DNA of 60,829 nucleotides from Candidatus Magasanikbacteria bacterium RIFCSPLOWO2_12_FULL_43_12 (GCA_001783065.1 MFQN01000011.1:1-60829); one strand, 5' to 3'; shown: positions 28,733 through 38,256, counted from the first letter of the stretch. Notes: generated from the letters alone by a model not told the origin. Numbers and translations: made by a program.

Positions 28733-30099
28733 TAGCTCTTGTCACTTACAGCTAAAAGTTTATCAAGCGCTGGTGAAATTTTTTGTCCGCTATCCATACC
28801 TGTGCCAACCACATCTTTAGCTGGATTTATTTTCACCGCAACATATGCCCCGGTAGATACGCCTGTAGCACTGCCTTTCAACACAAATTTTTTCTGTGAA
28901 TCCGCCAGTTTTGGGTCCTGCGCCTGTAAAACAATATTCCCAACATTGTTAAAAATCGCATAATATGTACCTGGTTTAGCGGGTTCTGCAGCCAATTCAA
29001 CCGGACCGGCAACTACGTTTTCTTCACCCCCGCTCTCATCAACCAAACGCAAGTTTGAGAAAGTTGTGATAGTTGTGCTAGTGGCGCTATTGGTGCTATT
29101 GGTTAACCAAATAGTAAACTTTATGCTGTTAACTGTTATGGACTCATTAAGAGCAGACAGTGCCACTACTCCCAAATCTTGGTTGCCATTTGTTAACTTG
29201 TTTGATGATAGTGATTTCACCACTAAATCAAGTTGCCCTATCTCAACAAAGGACTTTTCCAAATAATTATTCGCCTCGTTTGATTCTTTAACTTGATTAT
29301 TTGGATCAACTTCAGACGCCAGTGTTACCGTAGCTGGCAAAGAAAGCTCGCTAATGGCATAAGTGGCTATTTCTCCAGGACCGACTTTAGTTGATCCCCA
29401 CTTTGGGACATCATCGCCAACTCCAGCAATTTCCGGCCAAACTAAAAGTTCACTGCTACCATCGGCATTTTTCTGATATAGATTTACGCCGAATGACAAC
29501 GCCGGGGCATTACCGATATTTTTCACATTAACCGCAACGATTTTTTTGCCTGGGTTGTTGTCATCTGGCATCACTGAAATGTTAAATACAGTAAGATCTG
29601 GCTTACCCGCAGACACGCACGCTCCATCCACGCAACTTGTCCCTGCCGCGCAATTGTAGCTGTTCCAAGTTACTTTGTTCGCTTTGATATCACAGAAAAA
29701 CTCCAACAATCTTTTGTTATTCCAACACTGATCAGTGCCGGCAATATACTCATTTGAACCGGTCTTTATGCCATACGCAGTGCCTTTCATCGCTTGATTG
29801 ACAAAACTATACTTAAATAATGGCATGCCCGCGTCGTTTTTTACCGTATAATCACTGTCCCAACAATTGCTGTTGTTGTAACCGTACATTGGATCTGACT
29901 GTGGTAAAGCCACCAAACCGGCCGCGATCGCGGCAAAACCCAAAAAGGCTACTGCCACTGCCATGGCGGTTTTAGACACGACTTTTGTTTTCACTTCCGT
30001 TGCCGTGGCCGTGGCGGTTGGAGTGACTGCTGGCGGCATTACCGGCATTGCGTCTGGCACAACCGCGGACTTCGCGGACTTTTTTGCTCTTGGAGGCAT
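28729..30099 (-). CDS. Membrane-anchored surface protein with a Cys-rich N-terminal domain and CARDB-like domains
   Basis: 456 aa. Ala/Pro/Thr-rich N-terminus plus a transmembrane helix. A Cys-rich region. PDLTVFNISVMPDDNNPGKKIVAVNVKNIGNAPA resembles a CARDB domain. Confidence 0.45.
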   Translation of the reverse strand: MPPRAKKSAKSAVVPDAMPVMPPAVTPTATATATEVKTKVVSKTAMAVAVAFLGFAAIAAGLVALPQSDPMYGYNNSNCWDSDYTVKNDAGMPLFKYSFVNQAMKGTAYGIKTGSNEYIAGTDQCWNNKRLLEFFCDIKANKVTWNSYNCAAGTSCVDGACVSAGKPDLTVFNISVMPDDNNPGKKIVAVNVKNIGNAPALSFGVNLYQKNADGSSELLVWPEIAGVGDDVPKWGSTKVGPGEIATYAISELSLPATVTLASEVDPNNQVKESNEANNYLEKSFVEIGQLDLVVKSLSSNKLTNGNQDLGVVALSALNESITVNSIKFTIWLTNSTNSATSTTITTFSNLRLVDESGGEENVVAGPVELAAEPAKPGTYYAIFNNVGNIVLQAQDPKLADSQKKFVLKGSATGVSTGAYVAVKINPAKDVVGTGMDSGQKISPALDKLLAVSDKSY

Positions 30100-30165
30100 A
30101 GAGTTTAAATATTTAGATGATTAGTTATTTGATTGACAATATTATAACACAAAAAGAAGCAAAAT

Positions 30166-30330
30166 TTAATAGATAAACCGACTTATCAACAGCCACGCCA
30201 GCGTCAGCAAACTCACGCCCGCGCCAAATGATACCACTGCAATCTCCAGCCAATCCCAACTTCGCCGTCTTTTGTGTTCAAAAAGATAGAATAACAGAAA
30301 GCCTAAGATTAAGACGAGGATAAAAGTCAT
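30166..30330 (-). CDS. Possible small membrane protein (54 aa; below the ORF-track cutoff)
   Basis: Manual translation gives MTFILVLILGFLLFYLFEHKRRRSWDWLEIAVVSFGAGVSLLTLAWLLISRFIY, with two predicted transmembrane helices. No other support. Confidence 0.2.
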   Translation of the reverse strand: MTFILVLILGFLLFYLFEHKRRRSWDWLEIAVVSFGAGVSLLTLAWLLISRFIY

Positions 30331-30354
30331 AATCAAAAAAGATAAGACTACATA

Positions 30355-30474
30355 CTGTCATTGCGAGGAGCGAGGAACGAGCGACGCGGCAATCCATCGC
30401 CAATTTTTTTCTGAGCTAAGCGCGACTGGATTGCTTCGTCGGCCGACGAACGTCGGCCTCCTCGCAATGACAGA
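30355..30474. mobile_element. Family-A MITE-like element
   Basis: ctgtcattgcgaggagcgaggaacgagcgacgcggcaatcca...cctcctcgcaatgacaga. Confidence 0.7.
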
Positions 30475-30484
30475 CGAAGAATTA

Positions 30485-31894
30485 TCACTCCATACTGTTC
30501 CGATACTCAATCACTCCCTCCACCACTTTCATAAAACGCGAATCTTCCATCATCTTCTCTCCCAAATCCCGATACCTCTCTCCAATAAAAATATAAATCG
30601 GCCGGCCGCCATACTGTTCCAACAACTCCACTCGTTCCTGATTATTTTTAGTAAACCAAAACCTGCCCCAGCCTTCTCTGTCCCACAAATCGTATTCAAA
30701 CATTCCGGGCGCGATAATTTTTTTATTGGTAAAACCGTAAAGCCATGGCGCGTAAGTGGAATCAATTGCCAAGACATATTCTCCCGCTAAATTATCAGCG
30801 CCGCGAATGGCGGCGAAATCGCTATCGCTAATCAACGGCTGGCGAATTACGACAAGCCAAACTTGAATAGCCAACAAAACAACAACAAAAATCGCCACGA
30901 CTTGCTTCCCCCATTTCTGCGTCCAAACCGACTGAACCGCACTTGTGAAATAACTGGCAGCGAAAATAATCAACATTAAATCCAAAAACACTAAAAAACG
31001 ACGGTAAAAAGCAAATCCAATTAAGATTAAAAATAAATTCGCGCCAAAAAAGCTGGTCAACAAAATCTGTTTGCGAAAATTTTGCCACAATCCAAGAATA
31101 CCATAAGGCAAATAGATCAAGATGGCTGACACAAAAATTATCGGGGTGATAAAACTGCCGGTGAACTCCGGACGACCCGCGGCAACAAAATTTTTTGCCA
31201 GACCCAAACTCCCATCAAGTTGATCCAAATACAAAGCCAATTCTTGCCAATTAATCAGAAACAACAACACCGCGGCGATAATCCCCGATGACAAAACAAA
31301 TTTTCTACTACTACTGTCAATAATCGCGTAAACCAACAGAGCTATCCCCAACGGCGCCAAAGTTAATGGGTGTATTATACCAATGCCGATTAAAGTAAAA
31401 ATTGCGAGCCATGATTTTTTTTTAACCAACAAAAGGGTAATTAACAGTAAAAACAACGCCAAATAATTGCGATAATAATACCACCAATAAAACGCGAATT
31501 GGGTGGCGGAAATGGTGAAAAGAAAAACCGCGAAAACCGCGGTTTGCTTGTTAAAAAATTCCCGCGCCACTAAATAAAACGCCCAAAACATGCCGACTGC
31601 TATCAATAAATACCAAACAAACATTATCGTATCAACGCTGTCGCCCAGCAACATCAGCGGGTTAGAAAAATTTGCAAACCCAAACGGTGTGATCGCCGTG
31701 TCTCCGAGCCGTTCAAAATAGCCGGTAATGTAATGCCGATAAATTCCCGTATCATAACCAAAAGCCGTATAACCAAATCGCAATATCGGCCAGAGGTGAA
31801 GCAGTAAATATAATATAAAAATCAAGACAACCAGATATGGCTGCCTCTTTTCCGCACTGATGTTTCTATAAAAATTCAAGATACTAATATACAA
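30485..31894 (-). CDS. Polytopic membrane protein, possibly a GT-C-type glycosyltransferase
   Basis: 469 aa with about 12 transmembrane helices and a C-terminal soluble domain. No motif recognised with certainty. Confidence 0.4.
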   Translation of the reverse strand: MYISILNFYRNISAEKRQPYLVVLIFILYLLLHLWPILRFGYTAFGYDTGIYRHYITGYFERLGDTAITPFGFANFSNPLMLLGDSVDTIMFVWYLLIAVGMFWAFYLVAREFFNKQTAVFAVFLFTISATQFAFYWWYYYRNYLALFLLLITLLLVKKKSWLAIFTLIGIGIIHPLTLAPLGIALLVYAIIDSSSRKFVLSSGIIAAVLLFLINWQELALYLDQLDGSLGLAKNFVAAGRPEFTGSFITPIIFVSAILIYLPYGILGLWQNFRKQILLTSFFGANLFLILIGFAFYRRFLVFLDLMLIIFAASYFTSAVQSVWTQKWGKQVVAIFVVVLLAIQVWLVVIRQPLISDSDFAAIRGADNLAGEYVLAIDSTYAPWLYGFTNKKIIAPGMFEYDLWDREGWGRFWFTKNNQERVELLEQYGGRPIYIFIGERYRDLGEKMMEDSRFMKVVEGVIEYRNSME

Positions 31895-31990
31895 ATTGTA
31901 CTAAGTAATATTAATGCTATACGAATATTTTTTATCAAAGGGTATTAGTATTCATTAGTATCATTAGTACATTAGTATATTTGTATGTTA
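31895..31990. repeat. Family-D array between the Clp D1-only gene and the membrane-protein gene
   Basis: ggtattagtat tcattagtat cattagtac attagtat plus inverted atactaat copies. The 18-mer cattagtatcattagtac is shared with 17446..17470. Confidence 0.6.
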
Positions 31991-31994
31991 ATCT

Positions 31995-33188
31995 TCAATG
32001 TATCTCACTCGTCTTCATCCCCACCCAATCCGCCACCACTTCTTTAATGTGTTCAACACCGACCTCAATCCACCCTTTATCGCCCTTTTTCGCCGCTGAA
32101 TATTCTTCAATCTCTTTCACTTTATCAACAATTTTTTTTCTGACTGAAACCAATGTTTTTTCATCTTTTGTTTTCTCTTCTTGCGAATGAAGCGCGACCA
32201 ATTCTTTTTGCAAACGGTTCATCTCTTCGCCCAAATCACTCTTACTGCCGCTAATTTTCCCGGCCGCGCCGTGAAGCAGGGCGACGGCGTGATCAACCGG
32301 CAAACCTTCTTTAACATTAACCATGGCCGCCGCTTCGTCCATTACATCAATCGCCTTGTCCGGCAAACGCCGGCCTTTGATATATTCGTGTGACAACCGC
32401 GCCGCGGCCTCAATCGCCTCGTCAGTAAATTTAACCTTATGGAATGTTTCGTAATTCTTTTTGATGCCGTGCAAAATCAGAATTGTTTCGGCGACTGTCG
32501 GCTCGTCAACCAAAACCATTTGGAACCGCCGCGCCACACTTTCATCCGGAGCGATAAATTCATTATATTCTTTTTCCGTGGTAGCGCCGATAAGTTGTAA
32601 ATCGCCACGGGCAAGCGCGGGCTTGAGAATGTCGGAAAAGTTCACCGCGCCCTCCGCGCCCCTGGTTTGCATCACGGTGTGGATTTCGTCAATAAACAAG
32701 ATGATTGTGCGGTTGGAAATTCTGATTTCATCAACGATTTTTTTCACGCGTTGTTCAAATTCTCCGCGATACTTGGTGCCGGCCAATAGTTCGGAAACGC
32801 GCAAAGACAAAATTCTTTTGTTCCGCAAGACCTGCGGCACATCGCCGGTAACAATGCCCATTGCCAATCCTTCAACAATCGCGGTTTTGCCGACTCCCGG
32901 CGGTCCGGCTAAAATCACATTATTTTTAGTTCGGCGCGTCAGCACTTGCGTTACGCGCATAATTTCTTCTGTCCGTCCGACCACTGGATCAATTTTACCC
33001 TCTCTCGCCAAAACAGTCAAGTCAACGGCAAAGCCGCCGAGACAGCCGACACCACCACCGACATTTTTGGTAGTGAAAGATGTTGTCTCCCCGCCGCGGC
33101 GTTTATAAAAAAAATACATTGTCACGCCGACCATTAACAAAACCGAACCGCCGTAGCGCAGGATTTCGGGGAAAGATGTAGTGTCCAT
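31995..33188 (-). CDS. Membrane-anchored Clp/Hsp100-family AAA+ ATPase containing only the D1 module (ClpB/ClpC N-terminal half)
   Basis: 397 aa. N-terminal transmembrane helix (GGSVLLMVGVTMYFFY). KIDPVVGRTEEIMRVTQVLTRRTKNNVILAGPPGVGKTAIVEGLA (Walker A), IILFIDEIHTV (Walker B), GATTEKEY, ARRFQMV, LPDKAIDVMDEAAA. It ends at VADWVGMKTSEIH, which corresponds to the very start of a D2 module. No D2 is encoded downstream. Confidence 0.7.
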   Translation of the reverse strand: MDTTSFPEILRYGGSVLLMVGVTMYFFYKRRGGETTSFTTKNVGGGVGCLGGFAVDLTVLAREGKIDPVVGRTEEIMRVTQVLTRRTKNNVILAGPPGVGKTAIVEGLAMGIVTGDVPQVLRNKRILSLRVSELLAGTKYRGEFEQRVKKIVDEIRISNRTIILFIDEIHTVMQTRGAEGAVNFSDILKPALARGDLQLIGATTEKEYNEFIAPDESVARRFQMVLVDEPTVAETILILHGIKKNYETFHKVKFTDEAIEAAARLSHEYIKGRRLPDKAIDVMDEAAAMVNVKEGLPVDHAVALLHGAAGKISGSKSDLGEEMNRLQKELVALHSQEEKTKDEKTLVSVRKKIVDKVKEIEEYSAAKKGDKGWIEVGVEHIKEVVADWVGMKTSEIH

Positions 33189-33209
33189 AAAATTTTAGTT
33201 AATTTTTAT

Positions 33210-33348
33210 CTGTCATTGCGAGGAGCTCGCGCGATCCCTCGCATTCACTCGGGACAGGCTCCGCAATCCATCGCCAATTTTTTTCTGAGCTAAGCGCGAC
33301 TGGATTGCTTCGTCGGCCGACGAACATCGGCCTCCTCGCAATGACAGA
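33210..33348. mobile_element. Family-A MITE-like element (longest copy)
   Basis: A composite of modules seen at 9245 and 30355, with perfect terminal inverted repeats ctgtcattgcgaggag / ctcctcgcaatgacag. Confidence 0.7.
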
Positions 33349-33390
33349 TACTCGCTCTAAGTTCTGTAGTGTTTTAATTATATCACAATA

Positions 33391-33789
33391 CTAAAACTTA
33401 AACAAAAAACTCGGTAGAATATATTTTTTAAAACTGATTTTTTTGTTCGCCTTATCAACATACACGCTTACATGTTCAAACCTGATGCGCGTGCGGTCAA
33501 CATCAATGCGATTTAAATAGCAATAATTCTCCGCGGCGGACTTGATTTTCTGCGCTTTTATTTTATCAACTGACAACTCCGCGCTGTCTTCGCCGTAGCT
33601 TCTGGTTTTTACTTCAACAAAACACAACGCCGGCTCAACCGCGTCGCTTCTGTCCCAAGCCACGATGTCAATCTCTCCGCCGCGCGCGTTATAATTCCTC
33701 GCCACCACTTCATATTTATTTCTAACTAAAAAAAGCGAAGATTGCTCTTCACCCCAATCGCCGATCTCGCGCTGTGTCGTCTTCGCCAT
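33391..33789 (-). CDS. YraN-family (UPF0102) putative endonuclease
   Basis: Start placed at MAKTTQ (ATG at 33789) to avoid overlap. EVVARNYNARGGEIDIVAWDRSDAVEPALCFVEVKTR matches UPF0102. Confidence 0.65.
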   Translation of the reverse strand: MAKTTQREIGDWGEEQSSLFLVRNKYEVVARNYNARGGEIDIVAWDRSDAVEPALCFVEVKTRSYGEDSAELSVDKIKAQKIKSAAENYCYLNRIDVDRTRIRFEHVSVYVDKANKKISFKKYILPSFLFKF

Positions 33790-33808
33790 ACACACTTGTA
33801 TACTTCCC

Positions 33809-34360
33809 TCATTCTTGTTTATAAAGCACAACTCCGTGATGATACCCTCCCATGTCAAACTCTTCCTGCACTGCCAAGCCTTTGCTCCGCGCCCAGGTTT
33901 TAATTTCGTCAAAATTAATTAATTTTTCAGCTGGCGGAGCGAACGGCAAGCTGTTCTTTCTCCAATCAACCACCAGCAACCGCGCTTTATCTTTTAATAA
34001 CTTCAACGCGCCATCTAAAACCGCCAAATGATTTTTTGCTTGAAACAACATGTTGATAATAAACACCACATCCAAACTGCGCGCCGGAATTTTTGTGCCG
34101 TCAACCCGCTCCAAATCCGACCAAACCGTTTGCACATTTATCAAACTTTCTATTGCCGCGCGTTTTTTTATTTCAATCAAAACCTCTTTCAAAATATCCA
34201 CCGCGTACATCACGCCCAGCTCGCCCAAAATCGCCGCGCCGGGAAATACCACATGGCCGGTCTTGCCGCAACCCAAATCCGCCGCGTGCATTCCGGGACG
34301 CAACTGGACTTTTTCAAACAAGATTTCAGGATCGATCATTTGATTGCCGGAATGATACAT
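33809..34360 (-). CDS. Class I SAM-dependent methyltransferase
   Basis: 183 aa. SAM motif I DLGCGKTGH; VDW. Small MTase fold. Confidence 0.7.
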   Translation of the reverse strand: MYHSGNQMIDPEILFEKVQLRPGMHAADLGCGKTGHVVFPGAAILGELGVMYAVDILKEVLIEIKKRAAIESLINVQTVWSDLERVDGTKIPARSLDVVFIINMLFQAKNHLAVLDGALKLLKDKARLLVVDWRKNSLPFAPPAEKLINFDEIKTWARSKGLAVQEEFDMGGYHHGVVLYKQE

Positions 34361-34364
34361 AAAA

Positions 34365-34610
34365 TTATTTTAATCCAAATAATCTTCCAAATACACTAAT
34401 TATAACTTCACCCAACATTCCGGTTATTCCCATCATGGCAAGAATAATAAAAGCGACGCCGATGAATTTATACATCAGCCGCGTGCCGCCGCTGGAGCCG
34501 AGATGCTCTTCCGCCCAATTGCTGGTGCCAAAATTCTGCACAAACCATTCGGTTTTGATTACCAAAAATATGCCAACGACGATTGCCCCGATGCCGAAGA
34601 AGTATTTCAT
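34365..34610 (-). CDS. Small hypothetical membrane protein
   Basis: 81 aa with two hydrophobic helices. Confidence 0.3.
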   Translation of the reverse strand: MKYFFGIGAIVVGIFLVIKTEWFVQNFGTSNWAEEHLGSSGGTRLMYKFIGVAFIILAMMGITGMLGEVIISVFGRLFGLK

Positions 34611-34691
34611 AGCACTGATTCCACTGATTAAAAAAGATTACACTGATTTGATTGTACGGATATTATATAATAAAAACCTTGACAAGGCAAT

Positions 34692-34732
34692 AAAAATGCA
34701 AGAAACCCGCGGCCAATTCTGGTCCGCGGGTT
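34692..34732 (-). terminator. Terminator downstream of the DUF3048 gene
   Basis: acccgcgg-ccaattctggt-ccgcgggt hairpin with a T-tract on the minus strand. Confidence 0.5.
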
Positions 34733-34764
34733 CATCAATTATATTAGTAAGAGGAAGTGTCTCA

Positions 34765-34835
34765 AATCCCTCCCCCTACGAGGTGGAGGGATTGATCTCC
34801 ACCTCGCTATCTCCACCCACCACCTCCACCCAAAT
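34765..34835. repeat. GC-rich hairpin element (family-B-like) at the 3' end of the DUF3048 gene
   Basis: tccctcc-ccctacgag-gtggaggga, then ctccacctcgc. Confidence 0.4.
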
Positions 34836-35885
34836 CTTCCCCGGCTTTAATTTAATTTCTTCGCCAGTGGCGTCATAAAATCTTGTCCTGTCGTTTCTAT
34901 TTTCTTTCTTCCATGTCCCATCAATCTTTCTGCCATCGTAAAAAATAATTGCTTCGCCGGCGCCGATGGTGTTAATTTTTTTGCGGCCGATTTCATCAAT
35001 CACCAAACTTTTAACCCGCTGAATTATTAATGTATCGGCTTTAATTTTTTTACCACTTGTGTCTCTCTGTAATTCATCCCCCTGATACCGGTCGTATTTC
35101 TTTGTTGAACTATTAAACTTCCAATTAACAATATAATTCGGCGACAAAAAAGTTATTTTTAAACTCGTCGTCAACTCACTCTCGCCAAGTGATGTGGTGG
35201 TGAGGTGATCAAGTGATGAGGTGGCAAACCCCCATCCCTCATAATCCGCCGTTAAATCCTCATCCGCGTAATCTGTCAGCGCCTTCCTCCACAACTCCGA
35301 CGAAGTGTAAATATAATGCGGAGCTGAACGATCTGACGCGCGCCAATAATACCGGCCGAAATAAAACTCGTTTAGATTAAACAATTTGTATTCCTTAATT
35401 AAACCGAGCGCTTCCGGAGAACCGCCGACATACAGATACATCGCGCCGCCGTATTCGGACAACCAATCTAAATAATATGGCCGCGCGCTCCGCACCGGTC
35501 CGATTTTATCCACCTTAACATTTGCCGGATAAATCGCCATAAAGCGCGTGTAATTCGCTTCCACCGGCGCTTCATACACGATTGATGCTTCAGCCAAACC
35601 GGACAATGGTCGCGCGTCAACATAATTTTCAACCATCACCGCGACTAATTTTGGATTGATTTCTTCTTCGCTGGCAACGCACACGCCGTCTATCATACGG
35701 CGATATTGACAATCAATTCTGAACTGCCCAAAGCTGTCGTTCTCTACTACGCCATTAAAATCCGCTTGATTCTGGTTCAACAAATAACCATACCCAAACC
35801 ACCCCAACAAACCAAACGCGACCAAAAAAACCAATCCGGCGAGGAGGTGGAGAAGTTCGGCTTCATTAAAAAAATTCTTGCGCAT
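34776..35885 (-). CDS. DUF3048-domain lipoprotein-like protein (YerB-like)
   Basis: Start taken at MRKNFF (35885), which precedes a transmembrane/signal segment. KLVAVMVENYVDARPLSGLAEASIVYEAPVEANYTRFMAIYPANVKVDKIGPVRSARPYYLDWLSEYGGAMYLYVGGS matches the DUF3048 core. Contains in-frame heptamer-repeat-derived segments. Confidence 0.6.
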   Translation of the reverse strand: MRKNFFNEAELLHLLAGLVFLVAFGLLGWFGYGYLLNQNQADFNGVVENDSFGQFRIDCQYRRMIDGVCVASEEEINPKLVAVMVENYVDARPLSGLAEASIVYEAPVEANYTRFMAIYPANVKVDKIGPVRSARPYYLDWLSEYGGAMYLYVGGSPEALGLIKEYKLFNLNEFYFGRYYWRASDRSAPHYIYTSSELWRKALTDYADEDLTADYEGWGFATSSLDHLTTTSLGESELTTSLKITFLSPNYIVNWKFNSSTKKYDRYQGDELQRDTSGKKIKADTLIIQRVKSLVIDEIGRKKINTIGAGEAIIFYDGRKIDGTWKKENRNDRTRFYDATGEEIKLKPGKIWVEVVGGDSEVEINPSTS

Positions 35886-35976
35886 ATAGAGAATATTATA
35901 CTGTGAAACTAACTCGCCGTCCACCACAACATTTCTACGGTTCGCATACACTTGTACACTTGTATACTTGCGCACC

Positions 35977-36005
35977 TGCAAACTACAGGCTAAATGTGCT
36001 ATAAT
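35977..36005 (+). promoter_or_regulatory. TG-extended -10 promoter (TGCAAA ... tgcTATAAT) of the SPFH gene
   Basis: Shares the 18-mer AAATGTGCTATAATATAT with the promoter at 6502..6530. Confidence 0.45.
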
Positions 36006-36048
36006 ATATCAAAGGTCGAATTAACAAATCATCAATAAATATTCGGCT

Positions 36049-37146
36049 ATGGAAATAAAAGACAAAACCCATATAATCATACCTGGCGCGATAATCTTGC
36101 TGGGAATATTCACGAACTCGTTCTTTCTGATTATAATCGGTATTTTTTTGCTTTTCGCAATAAGCAAGCCGCAAGGCAAGGCGCAGTGGTATAAATACAC
36201 CGAGCCTATCATGGTGAAATTCATGGAGAAATTCTCCGGCAAGGGCGGATCAGCCGGATTCAAATTTAACTATAAAAATAATCTTAACCAAAAACCTATG
36301 GAAACCGTCAAACCCTATAAAAAAAGACGAATTGGCTTGTGGATACTGCTTTTCGTCGTCATTATTATTTTTATCAGCTTCGCCAGTTCGTTTTGGACCG
36401 TGGTAAATGCCGGCGAAACCGGCGTGCGTACTTTCTTCGGTAAAGTCAGAGACCAAGAATTCCACTCCGGTTTCCATTTAAAAAATCCCCTGGAAACAGT
36501 TACCAAAATGAGTGTGCGCACGCAAGACTATACCATGAGCGTGGCTCAAGGCGAAGGCAACCGCAGTAACGCCGATGCTATCAGCGCTTTGACCAAAGAA
36601 GGGTTAAGCGTTGATTTAGATATCACCATTCTTTATCGCCTAATAGAGGACAAAGCGTCTGATGTTTATAAAGAAATCGGATTAGACTATGATGAGGTGG
36701 TCATCCGTCCTCAAATCCGTTCAGTCATCCGCGAGGTAATCGCCGAATATGAGACCAAAGATATCTATTCGGAAAAACGCGCCGAAGCGGCCAAAAGAAT
36801 TTTTGAAAAATTAAACGCCGCGTTGGAACCGCGCGGCATTGCCTTGGAAGATGTTTTACTGCGGCATGTTGAGTTGCCGGCGAATCTTTCCAAGAGCATA
36901 CAAGAAAAATTGCAATCAGAACAAGAGGCTCAACGTTATGATTTTATCTTAGATGTGGCCAAGAAAGAGGCGGAAAGAAAACGAATTGAAGCCGAGGGCC
37001 AGCGCGATTCGCAAAAAATTATTAACGAAAGTCTGTCTGACAACTATCTCAACTACCTCTATATCCAAAGCTTGAAAGACCGACAAGGCACGATCTATGT
37101 GCCAACTAACTCTGCCAATGGCATGCCATTGTTCAAAGGGATTTAA
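36049..37146 (+). CDS. SPFH/band-7 (prohibitin/HflK/C-like) domain membrane protein
   Basis: 365 aa. Two N-terminal transmembrane helices; an alternative start at 36301 (METVKPY...). Core SPFH residues FWTVVNAGETGVRTFFGKV...LTKEGLSVDLDITILYR, followed by a coiled coil. Confidence 0.7.
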   Translation: MEIKDKTHIIIPGAIILLGIFTNSFFLIIIGIFLLFAISKPQGKAQWYKYTEPIMVKFMEKFSGKGGSAGFKFNYKNNLNQKPMETVKPYKKRRIGLWILLFVVIIIFISFASSFWTVVNAGETGVRTFFGKVRDQEFHSGFHLKNPLETVTKMSVRTQDYTMSVAQGEGNRSNADAISALTKEGLSVDLDITILYRLIEDKASDVYKEIGLDYDEVVIRPQIRSVIREVIAEYETKDIYSEKRAEAAKRIFEKLNAALEPRGIALEDVLLRHVELPANLSKSIQEKLQSEQEAQRYDFILDVAKKEAERKRIEAEGQRDSQKIINESLSDNYLNYLYIQSLKDRQGTIYVPTNSANGMPLFKGI

Positions 37147-37152
37147 TGTGTT

Positions 37153-37860
37153 TTATTCTTTCTTCTTCTCCTCTTTCTTCTCTTCCTTCTTTTCTCCAGC
37201 CTCACCGGCCGCGGCTTCGCCTTCTTCTTCTACTTTGCCTTTCTTTTCTACTTCAACCTCTTCAATGCTCTTTGGACCGGATTCTTCCATGGCTTTCAAT
37301 TGATCTTCGGTCAAAGGCGGCATTACTTTGGCAACCACTGTATCCAATTTATCCATAATCTTGATGCCATCCGGAAATTTAATGTCTTTAATATGAATCA
37401 GATCATCAAATGTCTGCAACACGTTCAAATCAACTTCTATTGAACCAATCAAATCTTTCGGCAAACAGCGGACGTCAATTTCCTCAACTGATTTATTCAA
37501 AGTGCCGCCCAGCCCTTTGACTGCCGGCGGTTCGCCGATAAAATGAATCTGGATTGTAACGTCCATTTCCTTATCCATTCTAATTTGGCGCAGATCAAAA
37601 TGAATCGGCTTCTGTTTGACCGGATCATATTGAATCTCCTGAATCAAAACTTTCACCGGTTCTTTTCCGCCTTCCACGGTAAAATCAATCAAACTGGATT
37701 CTCCGGCTTGGTCATATAGTTTTTGAAATTTAACGCGATCAACCGCGAGAGAAATCGGCTCAACGCCTTGTCCATATAAAATACCGGGCAACTGGCCGGC
37801 GGCGCGGACAATGTTAGCGTCTTTTTCCGTTCTTTTTTGCGCGGTAAATGTAAACACCAT
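37153..37860 (-). CDS. rplY: 50S ribosomal protein L25 / general stress protein Ctc
   Basis: 235 aa. RAAGQLPGILYG, HFDLRQI, two-domain Ctc form with a K/E-rich tail. Confidence 0.85.
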   Translation of the reverse strand: MVFTFTAQKRTEKDANIVRAAGQLPGILYGQGVEPISLAVDRVKFQKLYDQAGESSLIDFTVEGGKEPVKVLIQEIQYDPVKQKPIHFDLRQIRMDKEMDVTIQIHFIGEPPAVKGLGGTLNKSVEEIDVRCLPKDLIGSIEVDLNVLQTFDDLIHIKDIKFPDGIKIMDKLDTVVAKVMPPLTEDQLKAMEESGPKSIEEVEVEKKGKVEEEGEAAAGEAGEKKEEKKEEKKKE

Positions 37861-37861
37861 A

Positions 37862-38209
37862 TTACTTTCTTTCGCTTAAAATCTCTGATAGATTCCGCTC
37901 CTTTAATAATAAATGACTGGCAAATAATTCATCTTCATTCATCGGACCGCGATGAGATAACCGCGACACATCCTCCGCTGTCAAATCAGTCAGCATCCCG
38001 ACGGAACTCAAACCAACCGGCGTAGTCACAATTACCGCCACGATTGAATTTGAACAATGCGGGCAAGTAATGTGAACCAAATGCGCCTCATTTTTTTGCT
38101 CTAAAATATTCTTCTGATCCGCCCGATAATCGCCCTTGCAAACCGGGCATTGATTCATCAACCGCAAACCCTCTTGAATTGGTTTGGGTTGTTTAAAATC
38201 TTTAGGCAT
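37862..38209 (-). CDS. Hypothetical zinc-ribbon protein
   Basis: 115 aa. CPVCKG...CPHCSN pairs of CxxC. Confidence 0.35.
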   Translation of the reverse strand: MPKDFKQPKPIQEGLRLMNQCPVCKGDYRADQKNILEQKNEAHLVHITCPHCSNSIVAVIVTTPVGLSSVGMLTDLTAEDVSRLSHRGPMNEDELFASHLLLKERNLSEILSERK

Positions 38210-38256
38210 ATTTAAGTGTTCAATACTTTACCAATATTATACATTATTGTCAAGGA

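Noticed and set aside
31995-33188. Frameshifted full-length clpB/clpC
   Set aside because: The D1-only ORF was considered as an assembly frameshift of a full-length gene. No D2 sequence (second Walker A GPTGVGKTEL-type motif) exists in any frame within the 100 nt before the next gene. Truncation or a novel architecture remains, and was reported as a finding.
33809-33912. Upstream 41 codons of the YraN ORF overlapping the methyltransferase gene
   Set aside because: The overlap of about 100 nt with the preceding gene is unlikely. The internal Met (MAKTTQ, 33789) precedes the conserved UPF0102 core. The start was moved.
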